64,000 nucleotides of DNA from Nitrospinales bacterium (GCA_965223345.1 CBDCWG010000012.1:992001-1056000), one strand, 5' to 3'; shown: positions 28,764-38,538, counted from the stretch's first letter. Notes: a model not told the origin generated them from the letters alone. A program made the numbers and translations.

Positions 28764-30119
28764 ATGGCACGAAAACGAATCGTGATCATGGGAGCAGCCG
28801 GAAGGGATTTTCATAATTTCAACACCTTCTTCCGTGACCGGTCGGAATATGAAGTGGTGGCGTTCACGGCCACCCAAATCCCAGGCATTGGGGGAAGACT
28901 CTACCCTCCCAATCTGGCGGGCGAGTTGTACCCCAAAGGCATTTCCATCCGGCCGGAAGAGGAATTGACACAAATCATAAAAAAAGAAAATATCCACGCC
29001 GTGATTTTCGCATATAGCGACGTTTCCTATCAATACGTCATGCACCGGGCGTCCCAGGTAGTGGCGGCTGGAGCAGACTTCTGGTTGCAGGGCAATCCGG
29101 ATATACGTGTGAAATCCACAAAACCTGTTCTTTCCGTCTGCGCTGTTCGAACCGGGTGCGGAAAGTCGCAGACCAGCAGGAAACTCGCAAAACTCATTAA
29201 ACAGCGGGGCCATCGGGTGGTGGCGGTGCGCCACGCCATGCCCTACGGGAATCTCGCGAAACAATCGGTCCAGCGCTTCGCTATGATGCAAGATCTGGAC
29301 ATACATGATTGCACCGTGGAGGAAAGAGAGGAATACGAGCCATACATTGTGATTGGCTGCCCTGTATTTGCAGGTGTGGATTATGAGGCCATCTTGAGAA
29401 AAGCGGAAAAAGAAGCGGACATCATTATTTGGGATGGCGGTAATAACGACTTTCCCTTTTTCTCAGCTGATCTGAAGATCGTGGTCACCGACCCTCACCG
29501 GGTGGGCGATGAGTTCAACTATTATCCGGGAGAGGTGAACCTGCTGGATGCGGATGTGGTGCTAATCAATAAAATCGACTCCGCCGATCCAGTGGCCGTG
29601 CAAAAACTAAAGAGCAACATCACGAGTGTCAACACGCAGGCTACCCTGATCGAAGCGGAGTCTCCCCTGTTTGTGGAAAACAGCGAACAAATCAGAGGGA
29701 AAAAAGTCCTTGTGATCGAAGACGGCCCCACGGTCACGCACGGTGGTATGCTCTTTGGAGCCGGAACTCTGGCAGCAAAAAAATATGGAGCGAGTGAAAT
29801 CATCGACCCCCGCCCTTGGCTTTCGGGTAAAATAAAACAAACGTTCGAAACCTATCCTAATATCGGCAAATTGCTTCCGGCGATGGGGTATGGAGCGGAG
29901 CAGATTGAGGATCTGGAAAGAACAATCGCGGCTGTTCCCTGCGACTTGGTGGTCATCGGTACTCCCATCGATTTGAATCGCGTTTTGAAAATCAATCAAC
30001 CTTCAGTTCGGGTCCGTTACGAACTTCAGGAGATCGGCACACCCGATCTGAACTCAATTCTAGATTCTTTTTTCGAATGCACTTCTCGAGATCGCGAAGT
30101 TGAAACAGGCCGTCTGTGA
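28764..30119 (+). CDS. COG2403 P-loop ligase, ArcE-like arginine synthetase (usually annotated cyclic 2,3-diphosphoglycerate synthase/GTPase)
   Basis: MGAAGRDFHNFN, AVRTGCGKS, EEREEYEP, WDGGNND, EDGPTVTHGGM, LPAMGY; coupled to carbamate kinase by a GTGA overlap. Confidence 0.8.
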   Translation: MARKRIVIMGAAGRDFHNFNTFFRDRSEYEVVAFTATQIPGIGGRLYPPNLAGELYPKGISIRPEEELTQIIKKENIHAVIFAYSDVSYQYVMHRASQVVAAGADFWLQGNPDIRVKSTKPVLSVCAVRTGCGKSQTSRKLAKLIKQRGHRVVAVRHAMPYGNLAKQSVQRFAMMQDLDIHDCTVEEREEYEPYIVIGCPVFAGVDYEAILRKAEKEADIIIWDGGNNDFPFFSADLKIVVTDPHRVGDEFNYYPGEVNLLDADVVLINKIDSADPVAVQKLKSNITSVNTQATLIEAESPLFVENSEQIRGKKVLVIEDGPTVTHGGMLFGAGTLAAKKYGASEIIDPRPWLSGKIKQTFETYPNIGKLLPAMGYGAEQIEDLERTIAAVPCDLVVIGTPIDLNRVLKINQPSVRVRYELQEIGTPDLNSILDSFFECTSRDREVETGRL

Positions 30120-31084
30120 ACGCACATCCCACAAAAAATGGTCTTTTGATTTCATTTGGTGGTAACGCGCTCAATATCCGCAATCGAAATTCCGCGCAGC
30201 AAAAAGAAGAGTTCAAAGTCGCGGAAAAAAGTATGGAGCAAGTCGTGTCACTTGTGGAGCGCGGCTGGGCCAAAATCATCTTGACCCACGGCAATGGCCC
30301 ACAGGTGGGCCAGATTTTCCTGCAGCAGGAATTGACCAAAAACGAGTTTCCACGCCAAGTCACTCTCGATATTTGCGTCGCCGACAGCCAAGGACGGATC
30401 GGTTATATTCTGCAAAATGTGTTCGACACTATCTGTCAGAAACGCGGTATCCAGAAGCGTGCCTTCGCTGTGATCACCCAGGTGGTGGTGGATCCCAACG
30501 ATCCTGCTTTTGACCGTCCTACAAAACCCATCGGCCTATTTTACAATCTGGATGATGCGGAAATATTAAAAAAGGAACGCGGCTGGAGACTCATCGAAGA
30601 CGCGGGAAGAGGATACCGCCGTGTGGTGCCTTCTCCCCGGCCTTTGCAGGTCGTGGAGAAAGAAATTTTCGAACACCTTGTGAACCAGGGGTTCATCGCC
30701 ATTGGCGCCGGAGGCGGAGGCATTCCTGTGGTCCGAAATCCCGAGGGCGGACTCTGGGGTGTTGAAGCTGTGATCGATAAAGACCGTACCGCTGCGCTTC
30801 TTGCCGAGGAAATCGGCCTCGAGGAATTGATCCTTCTCACTGATGTCGACCATGTGTATTTTGATTATAAAAGTTCGAATCCAAAACCGCTCAAAAATGT
30901 CACAGCACGAGAGATGGCAACGTACCTTAAGGAAGGTCATTTCGCCGAAGGCAGCATGAGGCCAAAGGTAGAAGCCGCCCTGGAGTTTCTGCGCGGCAAA
31001 GGTAAGCGGGCCGTCATTGCGCATCTCGAGGATTTGATGCCGGCCTTGGAGGGAAAGCGTGGGACCCAGATCCTGCCTGACTAA
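30116..31084 (+). CDS. arcC: Carbamate kinase
   Basis: GGNAL, THGNGPQVG, PTKPIG, GYRRVVPSP, GGGGIPV, VEAVIDKD, GSMRPKVEAA. Confidence 0.95.
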   Translation: MNAHPTKNGLLISFGGNALNIRNRNSAQQKEEFKVAEKSMEQVVSLVERGWAKIILTHGNGPQVGQIFLQQELTKNEFPRQVTLDICVADSQGRIGYILQNVFDTICQKRGIQKRAFAVITQVVVDPNDPAFDRPTKPIGLFYNLDDAEILKKERGWRLIEDAGRGYRRVVPSPRPLQVVEKEIFEHLVNQGFIAIGAGGGGIPVVRNPEGGLWGVEAVIDKDRTAALLAEEIGLEELILLTDVDHVYFDYKSSNPKPLKNVTAREMATYLKEGHFAEGSMRPKVEAALEFLRGKGKRAVIAHLEDLMPALEGKRGTQILPD

Positions 31085-31487
31085 GGAACCATTATGAATA
31101 TTTTATTTTTCACGAAATGTTCTCTTCTGACTTAAAACACAATGTGAACAATTTGATGATGCCTCCGAATGCCATAGCTTCTTATCCATATTCGGAATTC
31201 CATTTGGTGTCGTTTTGTTGGCTACAGTAACTTCGAATTGCAGGTTCAGCCACCTGTCGATGACGGCGGCACTCGGCACACAGCCACAGGGGATCCTCAA
31301 AACCAGCGCATACGAATCGTGATAGAATTCCAATAAGTCTGCCTGCACCTCCTCGCATAGCCACAACCAAAACAAGTAAGAGGGCTAAAGGCACCAGGAC
31401 GCTTTGGTTTCTTGAGGAAGAGAAATATCGGGACACAGAGCCATTTGCTTGGTTAGAGATCCAACTGCAAGCATTCGGCTTGATGGA

Positions 31488-32375
31488 TTATATAGTAATT
31501 TCAAAATTTTCCGCTAAATTTAAAACCATGGGATTGTGGATTTTTCTGGGCGAATGCGTGAGGTAATAATCCACTGTTACTTTAGGAAGAGGTGCGATTT
31601 TTATCAGCTTAGCTGCCTCAATGAGAGAGTGGGCCGCACAATCCGGTAATGGGACGACCCCCATTCCTTCCAATGCCAGGATTTTCTGCACACTGGTATC
31701 CGATGTTTCCGTGACCACATCAACCACGATATTGTTGATCCGCAAATAGTGATCCAAATCGTGCCTAAGTTTGCTGTGAAAAGTAGGAAGGATGATCGGC
31801 ATTCCTCTTAAAGATTGAGGAAAGTTTTCCTTCAAATCCCGGAATTTTTTTGCGGAAAAAACCGAGACAGGCGCTTTCACCAAATGTTTGCAATGGAAGT
31901 TCCGGGAATCGCCCATACTCGGTTGACAATCCGAAACAACAAGATCGATTCTGTGGGCCAACAACTCGCGGAATATCAGATCACTCTCTCCCTGGCGTAC
32001 AATCGTGTTGCAAGTATTTTCTTTCTGGGCGTCCGTGATCAACAACTGCACCAGTCTTTTGGGGACCCCCTCTAAAACACCTATATGAATGGGCGATCGC
32101 CGGGAAGTGGTTTGATGGCTCATCACCTCTGAAAGCTCGTCTCCCAATTGGAATATATGGTTTGCATAATCCAGGGCCACCTTCCCCGCTTCGGTGAGAT
32201 GCAGCTTTTTATTCTTCCGCTCGAACAACTTTTGCTGAAAGTGAGTCTCCAACTGTTTTAATTGAATACTCAGAGCAGAATGCCCTAATCGCAGTTTTTG
32301 CGAAGCCCCAGCAAGGCTTCCCTCCCGCGCGATATTCCAGAAATAGAATAAATGCTGATAGTTGAGCCAGTTCAT
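31488..32375 (-). CDS. LysR-family regulator, NhaR-like
   Basis: MNWLNYQHLFYFW..AREGSL..AS..L; LFER.....LTEAG; LLAHRIDLVVSD. Confidence 0.88.
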   Translation of the reverse strand: MNWLNYQHLFYFWNIAREGSLAGASQKLRLGHSALSIQLKQLETHFQQKLFERKNKKLHLTEAGKVALDYANHIFQLGDELSEVMSHQTTSRRSPIHIGVLEGVPKRLVQLLITDAQKENTCNTIVRQGESDLIFRELLAHRIDLVVSDCQPSMGDSRNFHCKHLVKAPVSVFSAKKFRDLKENFPQSLRGMPIILPTFHSKLRHDLDHYLRINNIVVDVVTETSDTSVQKILALEGMGVVPLPDCAAHSLIEAAKLIKIAPLPKVTVDYYLTHSPRKIHNPMVLNLAENFEITI

Positions 32376-32528
32376 TCCCCTCTCCATATAGTTTGATTTA
32401 ATCAACTAATAATACATATTTTATCAAAAAAACCAAACTATTTCCCCTGCATCCTATCAAGTAGGAGAGGTGAAGAGGATATTAGCCTCAAAATACAAAC
32501 AAAAAACTTCTGGAAAGGCGGTGCAATC

Positions 32529-32843
32529 ATGAAACGATTATTCATTCCCTTAATGGCTTTATTGGTGATGTTCTTGGTCGCTGGTACGGTTCAAGCTGCC
32601 ACTCCCTTGGCTGAGCCGTTTGCAACGGAGGAATGGTATTTGGTTGAAACTGAAGAGGAAGCTCCCGCAACTTGCCACGCATGTGTGACAGAGTACAAAT
32701 TTGTCGATCCGGTTGTCGAGGAAGACTGGTATCTGATGGACAACCCGATTGAGGAAAAAGTGGCTGAAAAAGAAGTGGTTCAAGAAGTTGTGGAACCCAC
32801 ACTTGAGGGAGAAATGGAAAACGACGCTTGGTATCTGCGTTGA
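32529..32843 (+). CDS. Exported acidic small protein with three E/D-WYL repeats
   Basis: Signal peptide (VQA), TEEWYL / EEDWYL / NDAWYL, CHAC; followed by a terminator. Confidence 0.75.
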   Translation: MKRLFIPLMALLVMFLVAGTVQAATPLAEPFATEEWYLVETEEEAPATCHACVTEYKFVDPVVEEDWYLMDNPIEEKVAEKEVVQEVVEPTLEGEMENDAWYLR

Positions 32844-32887
32844 TATTTAGAATGAGGAGTTAGAGAAATAAGTACCACATGATTGAG

Positions 32888-32917
32888 GAGGGAGGTGAAT
32901 TCACCTCCCTCTTTTTT
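32888..32917 (+). terminator. Rho-independent terminator
   Basis: GAGGGAGGTGAATTCACCTCCCTC perfect palindrome followed by T6. Confidence 0.85.
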
Positions 32918-33019
32918 ATTCTACCCAAGCCCTTTTCTATAGGATGATCCCAAGCATCTCCTCTCCCCCCGCCAAAGTGAACTGGAAAATTGTTGAATCC
33001 TGGCAAATGCAACTGGCTT

Positions 33020-33751
33020 CTACTTATGGGAAGAAATAATGATCAGCGCAATGATGATTCCGGCAGCAAGGGTGAGCAAACTGAATCGCTTCCGCTCTTT
33101 TTCAGCCTGGGGAAGGAGATGGGTTGCCCCGACATAAATCAGCGTTCCCCCCGAAAATGCCAGGAGGTTTCCCAGGAAGGAATGATCAATTTGGCTGATG
33201 AAAGGATAGGAAACAAGGGCCCCCAGTGGTGTGCTCAGCGCCGCAGCCAAAAAGGCGAGAAACAACGACTTTTTTTCACTGAAGCCCGCATGCAACAGCA
33301 AAAGATACGTGACGATTCCCTCAGGAAATTCATGGAGAACCATCCCAATCGTTGTGAGAATACCCGTAAAAAGACTCGCTGTGTATGTGATCGAATAGAT
33401 CACTCCGTCGATAAAAGAGTGAAAACCGATTCCCAGCATCGGGATGAGCCCCATCGTGATACGTGCTGCAGGATCGCGTTGGCAGACGAACGCGGTGATA
33501 ACCCTGTTGAATAAATGCAGAAAGAAAAACCCGATCAGAAGAAATACAGGGGCCCGCGGATTCATCATTATTGATTCAGGTGCGATGTGTAGAAATGAAA
33601 CCGAAATCAGCACTCCGGCAGCGAAGCATATGAAATAGATGGTATTTCTCCGGCCCCACGGTTCATAATGGCGGATCGTGAGTATGCCCAATGAAGTCAC
33701 CAAAGCCGCCAGCGAGCTAGCACCGATAACGACCCCAAACTGGTTTTCCAT
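33020..33751 (-). CDS. ZIP-family metal transporter
   Basis: FAAGVLI..SFLH..PE, HSFIDG, HEFPEG, YVGATHLLP. Confidence 0.92.
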   Translation of the reverse strand: MENQFGVVIGASSLAALVTSLGILTIRHYEPWGRRNTIYFICFAAGVLISVSFLHIAPESIMMNPRAPVFLLIGFFFLHLFNRVITAFVCQRDPAARITMGLIPMLGIGFHSFIDGVIYSITYTASLFTGILTTIGMVLHEFPEGIVTYLLLLHAGFSEKKSLFLAFLAAALSTPLGALVSYPFISQIDHSFLGNLLAFSGGTLIYVGATHLLPQAEKERKRFSLLTLAAGIIIALIIISSHK

Positions 33752-33858
33752 TCAGGAACCTCAAAAAGGTCGGGGCGCACCACCTATCAAAGATCTAAAG
33801 ACCGGTCTCATAGTTCCCCATAATTATTCATTGCCTTTTTTTGAAAGAATTCAACTCT

Positions 33859-34278
33859 CTATTTGACATCGATGATGATCGTGTCACTGATAGGAGGGTC
33901 GTAGGGCACATGGTTTCCTCTTGCAAACAGGGTCCGGATGAAATGTCTACCCGTTGTCAATGTCAAAGTCTTACAGGCAGACCCGTCTCCCATATGGATG
34001 TAGCGGGAATCCATTGCAAGTGGCTTGGCCATCCCAAAACTGCTCGGGATATCGATGTCCACAAGGAGGTGGTGGTGTCCTTTTCCTTCATTCACGCCGT
34101 TTTTAGCGGGTTCCACAACAAGACCATAGGCTTCTATGCAAAACTCCACGGGGTTGGAGACGACAGCCAAATGTTTAGGTTTTACAATTTTCACAGCCCG
34201 ATCCGCAAATGCATTGGATGTTGACACTACAAATACAATTCCAAAATTAATCACTACAACTACAATAAGTTTTTTCAT
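33859..34278 (-). CDS. DUF4399-domain exported protein
   Basis: GLVVEPA....GHHHLLVD, IHMGDG, L..G.H.I...H. Confidence 0.8.
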   Translation of the reverse strand: MKKLIVVVVINFGIVFVVSTSNAFADRAVKIVKPKHLAVVSNPVEFCIEAYGLVVEPAKNGVNEGKGHHHLLVDIDIPSSFGMAKPLAMDSRYIHMGDGSACKTLTLTTGRHFIRTLFARGNHVPYDPPISDTIIIDVK

Positions 34279-34296
34279 ACCAAGTACTCCCTTTGA

Positions 34297-34827
34297 TCAT
34301 TCTGCCAGTTCCCTGAGATAAAGAACCAATTGCCAAATCTGCTCATCTTTCAATTTATTGAAAGCCATCATGCCTGTCCCTGGTGATCCGTTTTTAATGA
34401 TCCAGAACAGCTGGCCATCTGGAACCCCTTTAATGGTTTCGGCGCAGGTGAAATTTCTGGGCGGGGGCTTGAAACCACGAGACATCGGACCGCGGCCGTC
34501 TCCTTCAACACCGTGACAATGCTTGCAAGGCATGGGCTTGGATTTTGTTTCGTATAAAAGCTTTCCATTTTTGATGTGTTCCGGGGAGGGCTTAAGTGGA
34601 TTGACTTGGTGGTAGATATCATCCGGGGCCTTGTCGGTAAACCGGGGCTGGGGGCAATCCGGACGATCGCTTATCGCATTCACAGATGGTGCAAGTGCCA
34701 AGGTTAAACCCAGTGAAAAAGCCAGAACAAGAGGAGGGATCCTGATATAAAAATGACTATCTGGAAATTCCAGCACAATCCTTTTCAATGATCCATGCCA
34801 ACTACTTCTATCGGAGTTCTTTTTCAT
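34297..34827 (-). CDS. Monoheme cytochrome c
   Basis: CKHCH; PPPRNFTC; DGQLFWIIKNGSPGTGM (axial Met). Confidence 0.9.
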   Translation of the reverse strand: MKKNSDRSSWHGSLKRIVLEFPDSHFYIRIPPLVLAFSLGLTLALAPSVNAISDRPDCPQPRFTDKAPDDIYHQVNPLKPSPEHIKNGKLLYETKSKPMPCKHCHGVEGDGRGPMSRGFKPPPRNFTCAETIKGVPDGQLFWIIKNGSPGTGMMAFNKLKDEQIWQLVLYLRELAE

Positions 34828-34948
34828 TTTGGTTGCCTCGCATTATCCCACTGTCGCCTTTACAAAACAGATCGTCGTCTTTGCCCAAAAAAATTATAGA
34901 AGAGGACCACGTGACCTAAAGGAAGGATCAAGTGCTTTCCTCAAGTGG

Positions 34949-36379
34949 TTATTTTGCAAAATCTCTGATGTAAAGGATCAACTGCCACACTTCTTTGTCC
35001 TTAAGGTTTTTGAAAGCAGGCATGGCGGTCCCCGGAGAGCCTTCGCGGGTGATTCCAAACATCTGGCCATCAGAAATATCTTTCATGGTCGATGCGCATG
35101 TGAAGTTTCGAGGGGCCGGGCTGATACCCGCTCCTCCGGGACCTTTTCCATCACCGCGTTTTCCGTGGCAGAGCTGACAGGCCATGGGTTTGGCCGTTTT
35201 CTGATACAGTTCTTCTCCCGCTTTCAGGTTGGCGGGGGTCGGCTTTAAGGGATTTTTCTTGCTCTTGTATTTGAAGGAGACCGCTTTTGTGGTTCGTTTT
35301 TGGGGGCAGTCACCAAGAGCTTTTTTACCCGGCGCTGCTGCCATTTCTTCTCCCCCCTTGAAGGTTTCCCGCATGTAAGCGATGACATCCGCAACGCCCT
35401 GGTCCCCAATGGTGAGTCCCCAATACGGCATGTAGGGGGATTTCCCAACGCCTTTGCCACCGTAATAGACCACGTTGTAAAGGTAATCCATGGGGAATTG
35501 ATCCAATGCCATCTTGGCGTGGATAGCGGGTTTGGGTTCCAGCCCCGAAGCGGCCGGGCCATCGCCTTCTCCTTTTTCCCCATGACACTGCATGCAGTAT
35601 TCTTTGTAGACAACCTTTCCACGTCCGGCATCAGCATTTTTGAAATATTCACTTTTCCAGGGTTCATAAAATTTAAAACTGTCATCCCCTTCCGTTGCTA
35701 GAAAACCGGTGATATAGTGAAGACCCAGCTCGCTCACATCTGCCACAAACTCTCCGCTGTGAGGAACGAAATCCGGCGGCATTGAATTGAAGCGGAGAAT
35801 CCAGTCTTTGTTCAAACGTTTTCCCGAATTGAACATTGATGTGCTCTGAGGGCCACCCATTTTTTTGCCGTCATCCATGATCTGATGACAGCCGGTACAG
35901 GAATGCTCTATAAATAACTGCCTGCCAAAAGAAGCTTGGAGTTCCGTGAAATGGGATAGATCGATGGCATCTTTTTTTACTCTGGGATCAACCAAATTAT
36001 TCTTAATATAGTCCGCCACCGCTTCGGCATTCTCTTTTGATAAAGCTAGATGTTTTTTCGGTTGCCGTGATTCATCCCATCGGTAATTTTTCTGATAAAT
36101 ATTTTCTTCATTACCCGTCAAGAAACTTACGAGCCAGGGACGCTTGAACTTAACCCCCGCCCACATCAAATCCGGGGCTTTTAATTCAAATCTGGATTTC
36201 GCTTCACCTGTGATTCGATGACAAACCGTGCATTGCTCCTGAACGATTTTTTCTCCTTTCTCAGCTTGACCGGCAAAAACCACACCCGGAATGAAGAAGG
36301 TAAATAGGAGTATGAGAATGAACCCGTTTTTACTGGTATTGTAATTTCGTAATAATTTAATTTTCTGTTTCATTTTCAC
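34949..36379 (-). CDS. Tetraheme multidomain cytochrome c
   Basis: Signal peptide; CTVCH, CTGCH, CMQCH, CQLCH. Confidence 0.92.
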   Translation of the reverse strand: MKMKQKIKLLRNYNTSKNGFILILLFTFFIPGVVFAGQAEKGEKIVQEQCTVCHRITGEAKSRFELKAPDLMWAGVKFKRPWLVSFLTGNEENIYQKNYRWDESRQPKKHLALSKENAEAVADYIKNNLVDPRVKKDAIDLSHFTELQASFGRQLFIEHSCTGCHQIMDDGKKMGGPQSTSMFNSGKRLNKDWILRFNSMPPDFVPHSGEFVADVSELGLHYITGFLATEGDDSFKFYEPWKSEYFKNADAGRGKVVYKEYCMQCHGEKGEGDGPAASGLEPKPAIHAKMALDQFPMDYLYNVVYYGGKGVGKSPYMPYWGLTIGDQGVADVIAYMRETFKGGEEMAAAPGKKALGDCPQKRTTKAVSFKYKSKKNPLKPTPANLKAGEELYQKTAKPMACQLCHGKRGDGKGPGGAGISPAPRNFTCASTMKDISDGQMFGITREGSPGTAMPAFKNLKDKEVWQLILYIRDFAK

Positions 36380-36415
36380 TTCTCCGTGTCAAGTGAATTG
36401 GAATACGTACATTAT

Positions 36416-37192
36416 TCATTTTGCTCTGGCTAGAGAGCGAATATGAAGAACCAGTTTCCAGACTTCTTCGTCGCTCAAATTTGAAAATGCGGGCATTCCT
36501 GTCCCCGGAGATCCATTTTTGATGATCCAGAACAATTGCCCGTCCGGAATGGATTGCATGGTTTGTGCACAGGTAAAATTTCGAGGAGGAGGCGTCAATG
36601 CCCCTCCCATCATTCCCAGACCGTCTCCGCTGGGTCCGTGGCAGGTCGTGCAGGTCGGCTGGGCGTCCAGTTGAAAAAGCAATCTTCCGTTTTCAATATT
36701 ATCCGGCGATGTTTCCAGCGGATTGGCTTGGTTTAGAATCGGTTCCGGGGCCTGTGCGGTAGAACGGGGCTGCGGGCATTCAGCGGTCTCATCGCCGCTG
36801 CCGTGATGCATGCCATGCCGCCCGCCATGGTGCATGCCGTGCCCCATGCCACCCATTCCACGGCCACCGTGGTGGCCTTTACCACGCCCCATATGGTGGC
36901 CGCCGCGCCCCTGTCGGCCCATGCCATGATGACGCTCACCATCCCGGCAACAGGTCTCGCCTTCATATTCATCCTCGTATTCTTCACGATTATTGGCAAG
37001 AAACTGCCTTTCAGCCGGAATTTTCTTCATGGTCGTCGAAGGGAGGATCTGCTGATGCTTATTTTGCATGATAGAGGTTCCCACTGGATTCTCCGCCGCT
37101 ACAGCAAGAGTCGAGAGTAAGAAAAACGCTCCAGACGCCATCAAAAATGTGAAACGGAATGGATTCGTGATCCTCCTTGAGTTGCAGTTCAT
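36416..37192 (-). CDS. Cytochrome c with His/Met/Gly-rich N-terminal linker
   Basis: AAGGAG RBS, signal peptide, HHGMG..GHGMHHGGRHGMHHG, CTTCH domain. Confidence 0.9.
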   Translation of the reverse strand: MNCNSRRITNPFRFTFLMASGAFFLLSTLAVAAENPVGTSIMQNKHQQILPSTTMKKIPAERQFLANNREEYEDEYEGETCCRDGERHHGMGRQGRGGHHMGRGKGHHGGRGMGGMGHGMHHGGRHGMHHGSGDETAECPQPRSTAQAPEPILNQANPLETSPDNIENGRLLFQLDAQPTCTTCHGPSGDGLGMMGGALTPPPRNFTCAQTMQSIPDGQLFWIIKNGSPGTGMPAFSNLSDEEVWKLVLHIRSLARAK

Positions 37193-37223
37193 GGAATCTC
37201 CTTGTTCATCGTAAACGATTATT

Positions 37224-37385
37224 TCAACCCATAACCAGGGCGCGTATGGCTAAGCCCTGCAAAACGATGGAGGTTCCTGTGAAGGAAACGACCACCGCCG
37301 ATTGCTTTTTATTGATCTGGTACGCGACCACAATGAAATTCATAAACATAGAAGAGAGAATAAAATAGAACGGATACTGGCTCAT
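37224..37385 (-). CDS. Possible 53-aa two-TM peptide (not in ORF track)
   Basis: AAGGA RBS; MSQYPFYFILSSMFMNFIVVAYQINKKQSAVVVSFTGTSIVLQGLAIRALVMG*. Confidence 0.35.
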   Translation of the reverse strand: MSQYPFYFILSSMFMNFIVVAYQINKKQSAVVVSFTGTSIVLQGLAIRALVMG

Positions 37386-37430
37386 TGTGTGCATCCTTAT
37401 AAGTTTGAACGGCTTCGAAAAAGAAAGGTT

Positions 37431-37991
37431 CTATTGCTTCCGCTCCCAGCGTTCCAGCATCACGAAAACCACTGCAGCGGCTAGCGTGAGCAACGCAAGA
37501 AACCACCAGGGGGAAAGTTGGGTGAGCGTGGGCAAAGTCGCCTTTCCCAAATCCCCGACCCCCAATACACCGGATTTCATTGAGGGATAGGCCTCAGCAA
37601 AGATGGCCGCTCCCACCAGCATGCCCAAAACGCCAAACAGGGCATGGCGGGAACCGTCGCCAAGCGCCGCCACTCCTGTGCCGGGGCAGTAACCCAACAA
37701 AGCCATACCGACGCCGAAGATCATGCCTCCCAAAGCATTGCCCAGGAGGGCTGCATTTTTGATATGCAGGGAAACATCCCAGCTCATGGCCCGCATGCCA
37801 TAGATTCCGATGCCACCGACGAGTATGGCTGTGAGCATGATTTTCAATACCGTGAAATCTTTCAGCAGAAACTGCCCGACAATGACGCTATACCGGGTGA
37901 CGCCTCCTTTTTGCAGCAGGAAACCAAAAAGGAAACCTGTGAACGCACCCAAAAGCAGAGTATTTGGATCTGCAAAGAAATGCTCAAACAT
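37431..37991 (-). CDS. YeeE/YedE-family (sulfur-compound transporter) half protein
   Basis: G.LFGFLLQKG, GGMIFGVGMALLGYCPGT. Confidence 0.9.
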   Translation of the reverse strand: MFEHFFADPNTLLLGAFTGFLFGFLLQKGGVTRYSVIVGQFLLKDFTVLKIMLTAILVGGIGIYGMRAMSWDVSLHIKNAALLGNALGGMIFGVGMALLGYCPGTGVAALGDGSRHALFGVLGMLVGAAIFAEAYPSMKSGVLGVGDLGKATLPTLTQLSPWWFLALLTLAAAVVFVMLERWERKQ

Positions 37992-38538
37992 GATCACCTC
38001 CACTTTTTCCGAAAAGCAAAAACGCAGTCATGATGCCTGCAGCAAATAAGGAAAGAAAAAACACCCAGGAAGATAAAGCGAGCTGCAACCCGCCTGAGAT
38101 GCCATGTCCCGAAGTACACCCTCCCGCCAGCCGGGCCCCAAACATAATGATCACGCCCCCAAGAAATGCCATCCCATAACGAAACCATTTGGAAGGGCCG
38201 AACCGCCATACCCACAATTTCGGAACCCTCTCGTGAAACCGGGTGCGCGCGCACCGGGCAGCGGCTAACGCGCCGAATGGAAGCATCACCACCAAAGCGA
38301 ACTGCCATTCAAAAGTCGGCTTGGGCTTTTCAGGGGTTCCCAGATATTTGACAAAATAAGGGTTGGCATTCACATGTCCAGAGGCCACGATCTTTTCAGC
38401 CGCTCCCACAGCACGGACAAATGTGGTCGATACTCCAAGAGCTTTCCCCATAAAGGCAAAGGTGACCCATGAAAGAATTCCTATTGCTGCCCCAACCCAA
38501 TAGGGAGACCAACGGGACTGACTCAATATTGATGACAT
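37984..38538 (-). CDS. YeeE/YedE-family (sulfur-compound transporter) half protein
   Basis: WSPYWVG, LGVST, FGARLAGGCTSGHGISG. Confidence 0.9.
   Translation of the reverse strand: MSSILSQSRWSPYWVGAAIGILSWVTFAFMGKALGVSTTFVRAVGAAEKIVASGHVNANPYFVKYLGTPEKPKPTFEWQFALVVMLPFGALAAARCARTRFHERVPKLWVWRFGPSKWFRYGMAFLGGVIIMFGARLAGGCTSGHGISGGLQLALSSWVFFLSLFAAGIMTAFLLFGKSGGDHV

Noticed and set aside
28764..30119. Cyclic 2,3-diphosphoglycerate synthetase
   Set aside because: The N-terminus is the GAAGRDFH type, no 2-phosphoglycerate kinase is adjacent, and it is coupled to carbamate kinase.
31103..31436. Two overlapping short minus-strand ORFs after the LysR gene
   Set aside because: Neither has clear support; possibly a decayed gene.
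32670..32690. Heme-binding motif in the WYL-repeat protein
   Set aside because: The sequence is CHACV, not CxxCH.
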